DNA from: Podarcis filfolensis
Lineage: Eukaryota
Direction: 5' to 3' (one strand)
Assembly: GCA_964270895.1 (NCBI GenBank)
Contig: OZ185448.1
DNA length: 64,000 nucleotides
The position numbers were made by a program, and so were the translations under genes. Of the stretch, positions 44,101 through 56,044 are shown in pieces (position 1 is the stretch's first letter; the number at the start of each line of letters is the position of its first letter). The notes beneath the pieces were generated by a model. The model was not told where the DNA came from. It saw only the letters and a list, made by a program, of their open reading frames with translations, and made no database searches.

Positions 44101-47100
44101 TGTTCCTTAAGATAATGCCTGTGCAAGCCTTTTTCTCGAAACGAGAAAGGAAAGGCCTTCCATGTTGCCTATTGAACATCAGGCAAGAATGCAATAACTA
44201 ACAAGGATCAACATCAATGCAGGCTATAAATGCAATTCGGAAGACTAAGCTTCCCTTCAGACCCAAAGTACATATTAAATACTGCACAAAAGATGTGCCA
44301 CCTTAATGAACCTGTTGGAAGAGGCATGTGGATTGCAGCCTTCTAGTTTCTCTGTGTGTCTACAGAGTTTCCTTGTGAAAAGCTCTGATGCTGCTGCCGC
44401 CACCTGGGCTGGGTCCAGAATTTTGCTATTATCACTGAAAATGGGCATCTGCCTAAACTAATGTTACCTTTCATGAGCAGGCCCTTTGCTCATAGGATGG
44501 GTACTCTAGCAAAAACTTGAGCTTGCCTAGGCAGCCCCCTGCCCCACAAGAATGTGGTCTGATTAACCCCCTTGTCTTCCTTCAGTGCAGCCTGCAATGT
44601 AGAATAATTTTCAGTGGAAGGCAGCCAACAGGAGTTAAGAGTGATGCATACATAATCATCCCTAGGCAGCTCTCCTTTCTCTTTGGCGGGAAGAGAGACT
44701 GAGTCCCCTGTCAGGATCCGGCCTCTCCAAACTGACTAGTCCCTTAAGCAGGTGAATAAAGGTGCTCTGGGGGAAAGCTGGTAAGTGGCGCCTCAGATGG
44801 AGCCAGAGCTCTTGTATAAGACCCTCCATTCTCATATTCTAGTCACTCAGGATGATAAACCTTGTATCTCTATTTCCAAGCTTCCTGTGTCCCAAGAGCC
44901 TCTCTCTGAGAGACTCAAGAAAGTACTCACCCATTGCTCACACTGGCAGTTCACAGGATGTCCCTTGGGGCAGGAGGGACCTTACAGAGATTGGGATAGC
45001 CAATGAATCAGACTGAGGGAAGGAAGAGAATCCTTGCCTTTATGGAGGTTGTGTCAAGGCTTGCTCCTGCCTCAGATTTTTTTATTTATTCCACTGCAGG
45101 AAAAGGATCGGAGACAGGAAAGTGGCCGTGGAGCCCCATCCCTTGTGCTAGAGCTCCAGGGCTCAGCCAGACAAGAGCAGTTGAGGTCCTGCCCTTCAAA
45201 ACAGACCTCCAGACCTTATTCAAGTCAGTGTGAACTAATACAGCTCACTCATATATATGAGCCTCTTTTCAGCAGGCAACCATGAAGAGAAGGCACCATC
45301 CAGAGAAGGCAGCTCCTCTAAAAGAAGAGAGGTATGGACAGGGAGAACTCACTTGATCCAGCGAATAATTGACATGTGAGATGGTAAGGTGAGGATCGGC
45401 CAGGAACTGCAAAAAATGAAAGGTGGAGGTGAGAGACTGGAGTAAGTCTTTGTTTTGACTTGTTGTTTTGCAATCCCTAAGTTGCACAAGCAGAGAAGGA
45501 GCACTCCCTGGAGCTTTTTTAATATAGCAGTTATGCGGATGGCACTGTTTTCTACAGAGATCCAACATACATGGGTAGTATAAGCAATGCATGACACTGG
45601 CTGGCATGTCAAGAACTGTCTGTGTCCAGACCTTTTAGGTCAAAGCAGTGGGATAACAAAGCAAGGTTTATTCAGTATATTCGTTACCTACACTGGCCTG
45701 TTGCTTTTAAATTACAAATTGGTAAGCGCTGCTTTGAGGCATAATCTTTGGCTATGGAGCCCTATGCCCGAAGCCAGGGAAAATACAGAAACTTGGTGCA
45801 GGTTGGCTTGTCAGGTAAGGACCTGCTGGGTCTGGAACCACCTCCAGGCTTAGCACCTGCTTCTGTGGGGAAGGGAGCCTCCTCCACCCTGAGCTTTCAA
45901 TATTGCATTAAGCTCCTCTTGCCCATTTTCTCAACTAGCCTTTTCTCACCTCCTCCTTCTGCTCCTTGCCTGCTCTTCCCCCCCCAAAAAAACCCCATGT
46001 TGCTGCCTGTTTGGGAGATTCCTTCATCCTCTTCAACTGTGCTTTCCCTGCTCTTGCCTTCCAGGACTGTGCACCTGGGAACTCATGAGTTGGTGCTTTG
46101 GGCATCATGGTCAATGAGTTGCCCCAGCCCTGCACTCACTCTGGGCTCATTTTGGGTCTGTGGCTGCTGCCGACCCTTGACTTACACCCAGAGTACTAGG
46201 CTGGAACTGATTGGCTGCCAGTAACCAGATCCCCTGGGACGTTTTAGAGCTTGGTGTTAGAAATGCTGTCCTTTTATAGCCATGTCTCTCTTTCCGTGCC
46301 CCCCACCCCCATCCCCAAAGCTCAGGAGGTAGCTGCAACCAGTTCTTCTCTCTGAGCTTCAATTTTGCAACTGGCTCAGATGGGTGGATGCTGTGACCCT
46401 GCTGCTTACCAGAAGAGAAGCCTGTCTTCTGTTGCTTCAAGGGACCAACACCTCCTCTGTGGTTTAGCTGCTACAGAGCTACGCAGCCATAGTGCTGGAA
46501 TTTAATGCTCATCAGCATTTTTGTCTGCATGGCTAATGATTTTGTCTCTGTTTATAATGAAGGACATCATCAACAGATGCAATTTGATTGGTACTCTCTC
46601 TGCTAAGCAAGCAAGCAGTCATTTATGCTCTATTCTTGTACAATGTCTAGTTGTGGGGTGGCTTAGTGAAAAGCTGTCATGAATACAGATTAACAAACCA
46701 CTATTAGTGGCAAAAACCTGCAGTTGGATTTGATGGGCAGAGCATCATGCAATATTTACTACAGAAACCCACTGTGTCCTTACCTCCTGCTCCAAGTCAA
46801 GCAGGGCCTGCCGGTATGGACGCAGCACGGCATCAAGCCCAGTGCAGAAAGCCCGCAGATAAATCCCTTGCTGGGAGGGGTGCAGATCCTGAAAGTGGAT
46901 CAAGGAAGGGTTAATCTCCTGGCATGCATAAGGCTCTAGAACCACATCTATTCCCATGAGTGGAAGCGACCCAAAGGCAACGCAACCCCCCGTCCCTCCA
47001 TTGTTGTGGGACTGCATCCTGCCTCAAAAGCCCTTGCACAGGAGGTGCAATTAGGAGAAGGGCTTGTTCAATAAATGAAAGCCTTGCTTTTCAAGAAAGC

Positions 47101-47927
47101 TCATCCGCAAACATCACTGTTTTTTGACAGCAGTATTACAGTATAACGTTCTTCCATAAAAGTAGCCAAAACAATGAACACCCCCAAGGCCCAGCAATTG
47201 AAAAAAGAAAGCCAAGGGAAAAATAAACCTCGGAGGATCTCATGGACAGGGATGTGAGGCCCTTCTAGGCATTGAGGGGCAGGAGGGAGAGAGATATGGA
47301 GGCGGCCGGCTGCAGCCCTTGATGTTCTGGCTCTTTGGGGACTCGAGAATGGACGGAGAGAAACAGCCTGTGAGGGAAAGGGCCGAGTCGCTTCCGCAGA
47401 GGGTCACTGCCCATAAACGGCCGGAGAAGGGACAGGCAAGCGGGCAAAAGTGGGGGCCTCGCTTGCCTACCTCTGCACATGCTCAGGGGACCGCTCACCT
47501 GCGGCTGTACGGGCAGGGCTGCTGCTGCTGCTGAAGGGGCTGACGGGGCGCCGGGGGGAGGCTGCTGCTGCTGCCCGCCCTGCGAGGGGCCTCCTTGCGA
47601 GGGCGGCGGCTGGACGTGCTCGGCTGCGAACTGCTCGACGAAGTCGCTGAAGCGAATGTAGAAGGCGCCGAGGCGGCAGACGCGGGCCAGGAGGGCGGCC
47701 TCGCTCGGGTGAAGGAAGGGCGGCAGCACCGGCTCCTGAGGCACCTGCGGGAGGGGAGGGCAACGAGAAGCCGGTTAGGGTGGGAGGCGGCGGCGGCGGC
47801 CTGGGGCGCCTCTTCCCCAGGGGCCGGAGCGGGAAGCCACCTGCAGGCAGACGCTGCCGCCGCCTCCAACGGCGACGAAGAGGCCTCCGGTGTAGCCGCG
47901 CAGCGCCAACAGCAGCTCGTGGATCAT
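36008..47927 (-). CDS. TUBGCP4: Gamma-tubulin complex component 4 (GCP4), complete CDS, 18 exons, 2112 nt / 703 aa
   Basis: Exons in transcript order: 47841-47927, 47499-47744, 46784-46888, 45353-45406, 43438-43494, 43005-43084, 42594-42795, 41951-42116, 40288-40412, 39553-39603, 39300-39405, 38914-39021, 38465-38603, 38129-38306, 37818-37952, 37014-37130, 36477-36616, 36008-36023. All GT-AG and in frame. Starts MIHELLLAL; contains [61 protein letters not shown] and [19 protein letters not shown]; ends SVGLE* (last exon less certain). Confidence 0.96.
41124..41156. repeat. Compound (CA)n(TA)n microsatellite
   Basis: Read directly from the sequence. Confidence 0.85.
41354..41720 (+). mobile_element. 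Sauria SINE, full length, in a TUBGCP4 intron
   Basis: gggacactggtggcg head, (ACCTTT)n tail; 15-bp TSD TATGGAGCCACCATA (41336-41350 and 41721-41735). Confidence 0.9.
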
Positions 47928-48373
47928 CGCGGCGGCCGGCGAAGAGCGAACGGCGGCGCCCCGCAAGGCCCGACGGGAAAAGTAGGGGGTGCGCGCGCCT
48001 ACCGCCTCCGAGCGCATAGAGCTAGCAAAAGGTTGGGAAGGGCGGGCGGCCCTCACCGCGCGTGGCTCCTTGGCCGGGCACTGCAAAGCTGAGCGGGACA
48101 GCGCTTCAAACCGCGAGGAGCGCGGCAGCAGGAGATCTGTGCGCGGAGTTGCAAAAAAACGAAACACGGGCGAGGAAGCCAATCGTAGCAGGCGCTGTAG
48201 GGAAGATTTTGGGGGCGAGGCGGGGTTGTGCTTTCAATGCATTGCTTGTACGTATAGAGCTAGCAAAAGATAGCAGAAGCAGGAGGCTCTCGGCTGCGGG
48301 GCTGCGTTCAAACCGCCCGCGACTTTGGATGGAGGAGACGCGGGTTTCAGAATAGAATTCGTAAGATGCCACG
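47370..48373. promoter_or_regulatory. CpG island / TUBGCP4 promoter
   Basis: CpG-rich over exons 1-2. CCAAT at 48179-48183; two TTCAAA (TTTGAA on the gene strand) at 48105 and 48307. Confidence 0.78.
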
Positions 48374-48901
48374 CGTGGGCGTAGCCAGGATTTGGGGGGC
48401 GGGGGGAGCAGGACGCTCACCTGTCATCATCCTCTGTCTGGCTCTGTCTAGCAGATTCGGAATTAAATGTCCCAACTACAGTTGTTTTAAATTACTTTCT
48501 TTTGGCCCCAAGTGTTCAGGAAAATCTCAAAATCTTCAGTCATTTGAAAACTAGAAAGTTAAATTAAAAAATTAACATCAGAGAGTACCTTTCTTGCGGT
48601 TAACGAGTATATTTTGCAAAATTACAAAGCACTCGCTTTTTAGACACTAGGGCATTTACCGCAGGTTCCGATAAAGCAGAATATTTGGCTAACAGAGCGG
48701 CAGCAAGGATGAATTGAGCTTTGGTGGCAGCAGAATCTAGCTGGAGTGTCCATTTCCTCGTGTTGCCATTTCCTTCTAGTGATAATCTCTCCAACCCTTC
48801 AATGATGCTCATAAAATGCTCTTTAAATTGCTCTTTGAAAACTGCAATACTTTTAATTATTTGATTTGGGGGCAGCAGCTGCCCCCCTGCCTACACCCAT
48901 G
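48374..48901. mobile_element. hAT-type MITE (528 bp), same TIR family as 13249-13405
   Basis: TIR CGTGGGCGTAGCC / GCCTACACCCATG; 8-bp TSD ATGCCACG / GTGCCACG. Confidence 0.75.
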
Positions 48902-49402
48902 GTGCCACGAGGGGTGGCAGCAATGACATCCACAGCCACAGGTGAACTGCACGTGGCTATGTAAAAAAAAAAAAAAACAACACTTTCCAACCGCTAGACA
49001 GATATATAGGGGACTCCCATTAGTGGAGACACGATGTTGGGGGGGGGGCAGGCTTTTGTGTCCGGATTTTCACTTTTTGAAATATGGAAACTCTAGAGAG
49101 CTCTCAGTCGGAGAACAATGGTGGACTGGCTGCATTTGCAGGGTCATTTTAAAAACGTTTGTAGCCTGAAATAATATATCCGGAGGTTTAAATCAGAACT
49201 AAGTTACAAAGAGCAGGAACTCTGATATTGGCTGCTACACGCGCATGTGTTAGTGTGTGTGTGTGTGTGAGAGAGAGAGATTGCTACCCAGCGCTTTTTT
49301 TCTGGGGAGATGCATACCCCTAAACGTTTTGTGAATCTAAGTTTGGCCTCATTGAGGGGCAGTATTTCAATATGAGTAGGAAAATGAGAGTACCCCTTAA
49401 AA

Positions 49403-49761
49403 ACACACACATTTATTTAAGGCAGATAAGGACAAGATGAAATTATACAATTGAATATAAATATAGATGGGAAATGGCTATGTATTGTGAGTACTTATCT
49501 ACTTTTAAAAATTTTCACTTATGATCTTTTTCTCTTACTCCTTTATTCTTTCTTTGTTCTTTTTTTCTGATATCTTTCATTTCACTGCTTTATTGTGAAT
49601 AGCATTTTATAGAGGTATAAATAACTGTAAATATGAACAGAGACAAAATATTCTCTATTTTTTCCCCTTGGTTAGATGCATTTTCTTTTTCTTTTGTATT
49701 TTCTTTTGTTGTGAATATGTATGTTTTCTAATTTGTACTTAATAAAAATATATTAAAAAAA
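49403..49761 (+). mobile_element. 5'-truncated L1-like 3' UTR with poly-A
   Basis: AT-rich, ends AATAAAAATATATTAAAAAAA; flanked by TSD-like GAGAGTACCCC(T)TAAA at 49386 and 49762. Confidence 0.62.
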
Positions 49762-49849
49762 GAGAGTACCCCTAAACATTTTTTAAAGAAAAAAAGCACT
49801 GTTACCTAATAAAAAAAAATCTGAATTTTTCTTATGGTTTCCAGTTGGC

Positions 49850-50230
49850 GGCAGGGTTGCCAACTTGAATAAAATATGGGAGGGCAGGCAAGCCCCGCCC
49901 CGCATAATCGATCACATGACAGGGTGCAGGCACACAATTTGAATGGCAATGACCATCAATGGGGGGGGGGGGGCATAGTTGTCAACCTTCCCTTTTTTTT
50001 GCGAGAAATTCCCTTATTCCAGCGCTGTTTCCGGCTGCTATCCCGGATTGTTAGATAGTCCGCAGGCTGTCCCCGGGACAGGTGAGGCTGCTGATCGCTT
50101 ATTTTTGAGGCTGCTGATCCCTTATTTTCAAATCTGAAAGTTGACAGCTATGGGGGGGGCTGGACCCCTCAAATATTTTATTGGGGGGGCGGCGAAGACT
50201 CCTCGGCGTGACTCCTATGAGGGCAGGAAA
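49850..50230. mobile_element. Nested MITEs; inner element 49974-50152
   Basis: Inner TIR CATAGTTGTCAAC / GTTGACAGCTATG inserted in a G-run; internal 23-bp tandem duplication at 50083-50128. Confidence 0.6.
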
Positions 50231-52050
50231 AAAATTCCAGCAAACCGAAATACGGCCTCGTTTCTTCGTGGGCTCGCCAAAATCTGCCATCTTTAAAGGA
50301 AACGAACCTTCTTCGCCCCACTTTTATCAATGTGCCCCGTTGTGACTTTGATTCCTCCCGCTTTGAGGTGCCATCCCCACCCCCGAGCATGCGCAGAATG
50401 TCTCCTCTTTCCTCAGGGAACAAGCAACCGATTTGCTACCAAGCAGGGCTGAAGCCATCCAATGCCTCTCATTCCCGCATAGTATAGCTAGATCGCCCTG
50501 GAGCTGCCCTTATATCGGTGGGGCTCCCTCCTTCCCGAGGAAGCGGAGGCAGCTCGCTCCGTGGTGGCGTCCGCCTGTTTCCTGCAGATCCTTCGCGGTT
50601 GCACTGGGCGAGGAGTCAGCAATGCAGAGTTGCAAACTGCAACCGGGCAGAACACCACCCCCCCTTTCCAAATGGGTCCCTTTGCCCCAGTGTCCTGTTT
50701 CCAACCGCAGCTAGCCCGGAGCCGCAACAAGGAGGCGGAAAGCGGGCAATACGAAGGCAAGACCTTCCTCGTCGGCAACAGCGGGGTATCCTGCCTCTGG
50801 ACATGGAGGTTCTCCGCGGAGTCGCGCGTCTTCAGGAAAGGGACCGTGCATCGCCTCTCCGGCTCTTCTCCGGTGGGAGCCCTTTCCCCGCTGCGGCGCT
50901 CCCCGGAGAGGCTCCAGCCGCCGCTTCTTCCAGCAAGTGCCCGCTGGGCGGGGCGACCTGGCGGAGGCTCCTGCCAAGCTGGTTGGGCTGGGAGGTGCAG
51001 CCGGAGACACACCCCGCTGGGCTGGCCCGACAGCGCCGCCGCCGCCGCGCCAGGAAGGAGAACGGGCGGCCGCTCCCTACCGCCTTCCCCTCCGCCTCCA
51101 CCTCCTCGCCGCCGCCCAACGGACGGAGCGGACACTCCCCTCCCGCGTTCCGAGCAGCCGCCGCAGCCTGAGAAACAGCAGCAGCCTTCTCGTCCCGGCC
51201 GGACGACCGACGGGCTCCGACTCGACGGAACCGCCGCTGCTCCCTCTGCCTTGGCTCGTCCTCATGGCCACCCCGGAGGAGATCGACGGGGCGGGCGTGG
51301 CCCGGCCCCACTACGGCTGTGAGTCTCGGGCCGAGGGAGGGAAGGGCGCGTTGCTTGCGGCTTGAGAGATGCCTCGGGCCGTCGGTTTGGTGCCAGCGTC
51401 TCCTCCTCCTCCGCCGGGGCCGCTTTGTTGGAGCTGGCGCCCAGGCACAGCCCTTACCGGGCCCGGAGGAATCGTTCCGCCTGGCTCGCTTGGCCCGGGG
51501 CTGTGGGTTTATTTGGCCGAGCAGGAAGCCGGGCCCTCTGTGAAAGTCTCGGCGCCCCCTGCCTCCCCATCGCCCCCTCAACATGGCGGGCAGGAAGCAG
51601 CGCTCCCCGGATTGCTCGTGTGAACGGCCTGCCTCGCCGAGCGGCGCGCGTTTCTCTCGGGCTCGTTTGCACGCGCTGTCGCTTTTCGCGGGGTCACGGG
51701 CCGGGTCTCCTATTGGGCATCTTTGAGCGAAGCAGCCGCTTTCTCTCGCGCTCTTTCTTTTCCCGGGAGGGCCGGGGGGGTGGGGAGAGAGGAAGAGGAG
51801 GAGGCCCGATTTTAGGGGCCGTGGAGCGGGGTAAGGACCGCTCCCCTCCCCGAGCAGGAAGGGCGGCGACGTGCAGCTCCTGGGGCGGGTCCTCGGCACG
51901 AACTGCCCGTTCTCCCAGCTCCATGGATGCCTCGTTTCACCAAGCGCAGGAGGCTTGGCTCCCACCGAGCAGGGTGGCAGCCTTTGAGCGAATCAAACCT
52001 CCATGGTTGAGGGCAGTCTACCTTTCCACGTGGGCGTCAGCGGATAACTC
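50150..52050. promoter_or_regulatory. CpG island / IQGAP1 promoter
   Basis: CpG-rich over exon 1; NRF1-like GCATGCGC near 50387. Confidence 0.78.
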
Positions 52051-55000
52051 GCTGGTTCCCGTGAGGAGGAGTTTCAGGGCTGGACTAGATGCAAAAGATG
52101 TCATACCAGCTAGGCAGTGCTTAGCCACCCTCACATTTTGTAGGAGACACCTTGGCATCCCAGGGAAGTATTGAGAGCCTCCCACAGAAAACATTGGAAG
52201 AGTCCCAATATTTCAGTGTTGCTGGGCTCAGGCAACTGTGTGTTCCCTATTTCTTGTGAACTTTGTGGATGACACCCCTTTATGCAAGTAGATGAAGCTC
52301 AAGGTTTTACCCTGCAGCTGAGTGCTGGGCTTAGGCTGGAAATGGGTCTGAGTAGGGGGGCGGCAAGTTAAAGAGCTGAACCTTTGCTATAACCTGTTGG
52401 ATTTCTGCCTGCTAATCCAAGCTACCCTTTCCATGTAGAAAGTGGGGGAATTGAGCCGTCCATTTTGCATTGTTTACCAGCATTCCTGCAAAGACCTGAA
52501 GGTTCTCCCTACCCCATTTCGTCCTCCCAACAACCCTGTGAGGTAGGTTAGGCTGAAAGACAGGGCTGACCAGGGATCAGCCAATGAACTTTTGGGCTGA
52601 TGGGCATTTGAACCTGGATCTCCCCACCCCTAATCCAGCAGTCTAACTATTACATCAGCCTGGCTCTCTGTATTGGTGGTAGCAGGGGGATTTTAAAAAA
52701 TGTCAAAGTCTTTAAAACCCACAGTCAATGCTGCTACTTTTTGTGGGTGGGCTGCATGAATAATGCTGCTGCCAAGTTCCTGCTGTGTCAAACTGCCAGG
52801 AAATGGCAGCATCGAAAACAGCCACAGGATCTGTCTACAGGCAATAAGGATGGTGGCTCTGTCCTTTCCTATCTCTCCAGGCATAGTTTCAAAGCTGGCA
52901 GCAGGAAGGGATTCCTCTTTGGCAGTTCTGGAACTGCCGTCTATAGAATCAGGCCTGGCTGGTGAGGTGCAAAAGAGGCTATTACTATTATTTATTAAAT
53001 TTGTATACTACCCTTCATCCTTAGGCCCTGGAACAATTCACAGACAGTGGGGTTTGTCTGTTGCAGGGAATGTTTATGAGCATCACCAGTTTTTCTTCTG
53101 TGAAATGGGTACTTCGTGGTGGCCCTGACAGATTTTTAAAAATATATCCCTGGGTCCAGAAATTCTGGGGACCCCTGCTTTAGGGAGAGTACAGCCCTTC
53201 CAGAGCATGTGGAGCACCACCATCCTATCAGATGGTTCTTCTACCATGTCAGGTTGGCTTTTCAGTTTATTGGGCCTCATCCAGTCCATTATTGTTTCCA
53301 AACACTTGCCCGACAGATCTGGCTTTCACCAGTGGATGAGCTCATTCAGTGGCTTCACATAAAGGCTGAAAAACATGGGGGCAGAGTGGCAAATGTCACG
53401 GGACAGAAGTACAATCATACCTCGGGTTACAGCCGCTTCAGGTTGCGTTTTTTCAGGTTGCAGACCGCCGAAACCTGGAAGTACCGGAATGGGTTACTTC
53501 CGGGTTTCGGCGGTTGCGCATGCACAGAAGCGCTAAATTGTGCCTTCGCAGAAGCGCTGAATCATAACCCGCGTATGTGCAGACGTGGGTTGCGAACGCT
53601 GTGGGTTGCGAACGTGCATCCCGCACGGATCACGTTCGCAACCCAAGCGTCCACTGTATCCACAAACCTCTACCTGGAATTGGCCCAGTAGGTAGGAGTG
53701 GATGACCCCGTTAGAGGCAGTGAGGCATATGTGGGTGTATATATACTATTCATTTAAATACACCCCATAAATAATCCCAGGAACTGTAGTTTACTATTCA
53801 CTGAGCTACAGTTCCCAGCACTCTTACCAAACTGCAGTTCTTTGTGGGGTGATTTAGGAACGTGCTGTCAATTACAGCGTGCAGCTGTAATCTGAGCCAG
53901 GACTTTTCAGCTCCAGGGTTGGAACTGGAGCATCTTGTGTGCAAGTCTTGCTCATCCTGGCTGCTCAAGGGGTGTCAGGATTGTCTCATTCGGATGACTG
54001 AAGCAATGAGTGTCTCTTGAACTGAGGATCTTCTCCCAAACCACTATGTTAAAGGAAGCTATTTTAGGATCCTCTGATTTAAATAGTTGCCTGGGAATAT
54101 AATGTGCACTTGTAAAATATAATAGAATTGTGGAGCTGGAAGGGACCCCAGTGGTCATCTAGTCCACCCCCTGCAGTGCAGGTATCTCAGCTAGAGTATC
54201 CATGACAGATGGCCATCCAACATCTCCTTAAAAACCTCCAAGGAAGGAGAGCCCACAACTTCCCAAGGGACACCTTTCCACTGTCTTAACAGCTCTTATC
54301 TTGGGTCCTGCAGCACTGGTTGTGAGGAGCAGGGCCTTTCTGGTTGTGGGGCTGGTGCTGTGAAGTAGCCTCCCACTGGAGGTCCTCATTACCCCGCCAT
54401 TATAGCCTTATCTCTCCAATTAGATTTGATAGAGACTTTTTAAGATGTGGAGCATGGGACTGTTACCAAAGTCACCGAATTAAAGCTGACTTTCCTATGC
54501 AAAGGGAATCAGTGGGGATCTTACACCTGAGGCAAAGTGTTACCATCTGTCAGATATATTTCTGTGGCAAATTATGAATATTTACCACTCACAACCAAAC
54601 AGCATGGTATTTTTAGATGCAGGGAGGGAAGGTGCCCTTCGCGCTGTTCTCCCAGAGGAGTCAGCAGAGCGATCTCATGCCTCACTTTGGCTGGACCGTT
54701 CCTTTTCTGACTCATGGAGAAATGTGTTTCTGCTCACAAACTATCCTCCCATGCTTCTGGAAGGTTCTGGGCACTGACTGGTCAAGATCTCAAAGTTTTA
54801 TACAGAAAGTGCCACTGAGAAGCCCTGCCCATTTCACAAAAGCTCACTTTGCCTCAAATCAAGTAGTTCTGTAGTGCAGAATCTCAGACGTTGGTCTTTA
54901 AGGTGTCGCAAGACTTCTTGTCTGATGCAAAAGGCATGTGGGCTCCAGGGCCCAAAGTCTGCTTTTTGGATTTGGATTTGGAGTGGCTCTGTTTCATGGC

Positions 55001-56044
55001 AAACCAGGATGCTGTAATTATTATAACGTTCAGTTAGTAAGCTGGCTTGTTCAGCAGAGAGAGGAGGATGGTGATGATGATAATGATGATGATGATAATT
55101 ATTATTTTATTTGTACCCTGCCCATGTGACTGGGTTGCCCCAGCCACTCTTGCTGCCTCTGCAAGAGTCACTGATTTGTGTCTTGTCTCCCCCCCGCCCC
55201 CAAGGCATGGGGTTAGTTTGTCTATTTCTTGTGAATGGTTGTGAGCATAGTCAGGAAGTCTCAGAAGAACTTTCAGTTTTGGGCAGTGCAGTGGCTTTAT
55301 GTTGTCATCGCCTTGTTTTTTATTTGTGGAGGGGGGGAAGGGAGCACGCTGAATGTAAACTGTTCACCCTGTTGTCACAGCAGGTGTGTGCACCTGGCAA
55401 GTCTGTCCTTGGACTGGCTATCTGGATTAGCTTCCTCCTCTGTTGGAGCCTGGGGCCTCTGCTCTGCATGGTGGAGCCTTATTTTAGTACTTTCTGCTAT
55501 GTGCTTTCGGTTGGCGAGTCTCTTCCCAGGGGAGTCTGTTAGGTGAATCTGGGGTTAAAATTCTCCTGCTCCTGGTTTTTGCAAACAAGGCAACCCTGGC
55601 AATCTTCTTGCCTAAGGGGTGAGAGGGTGGGTAAAAATGCTTTAAATTAAACACATAGTAAAGTGGTATAGGGAAGTCGACTCCCCATTTGTTGCTTGTA
55701 TTGAGGGTGGGACTTGGAGGGAACAGGTGAGCCACTCAAAAAACCAAAAACAAACCCTTGGCACTACCTGTCCTGTTTGGGGGAGTGGGTGGGGTGCCGG
55801 ACCTTGGGTGCTTCTGGGCACCCAGTGAGGCTTTGCTCCTTCAGCTCCCAACACCTCCCACTTGGGGACGACCCCCTGTTGAGCTGCACTTTGCCTCGGG
55901 GCCTTCTGGCTTCCCTGGACTGACCCTGTCCTGCCTTTTTGCAGCTGTCCTGGATAATGAGAGGATGACTGCAGAAGAGATGGATGAGCGGAGACGGCAG
56001 AATGTGGCCTATGAATATCTTTGCCACCTGGAGGAAGCCAAGAG
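51264..56044 (+). CDS. IQGAP1: IQ motif-containing GTPase-activating protein 1, exon 1 (51264-51318) and exon 2 (55945-56044); exon 3 not found inside the window
   Basis: MATPEEIDGAGVARPHYG + T|GTGAGT joins CAG|CT to give SVLDNERMTAEEMDERRRQNVAYEYLCHLEEAKR, ending AG|GTAAG. GVARPHYGSVLDNER is diagnostic of IQGAP1 rather than IQGAP2/3. Exon sizes are 55 and 100 nt. Confidence 0.94.
52455..52650 (-). mobile_element. CORE/MIR-like SINE
   Basis: caacaaccctgtgaggtaggttaggctga core plus antisense B-box tttgaacctggatctcc. Confidence 0.65.
53050..53340 (-). mobile_element. L2 reverse transcriptase fragment
   Basis: Minus translation METIMDWMRPNKLK resembles L2 RT LEAVMDWMRANKLKLNPDK. Confidence 0.6.
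53412..53656. mobile_element. Tigger-like MITE with internal hairpin
   Basis: TA-flanked; TIR ...ATACCTCGGGTTAC / GCAACCCAAGCGTCCACTG; internal stem CCGCCGAAACC.GGAAGTA...TACTTCCGGGTTTCGGCGG. Confidence 0.7.
54120..54305 (-). mobile_element. CR1 3' end
   Basis: atagaattgtggagctggaagggacccc...gtcatctagtcca, the antisense CR1 tail. Confidence 0.7.

Noticed and set aside
44709-44960. Second solo LTR beginning TGTCAGGA
   Set aside because: No matching 3' terminus or TSD found.
48016-48031. Resemblance of TAGAGCTAG to the sgRNA scaffold (contamination)
   Set aside because: Only a 9-nt match; the rest of the scaffold is absent.
50832-51965. 377-aa minus-strand ORF and other long ORFs over the IQGAP1 island
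   Set aside because: Stop-poor GC-rich CpG island, low-complexity R/G/P/A composition, no recognisable domain.
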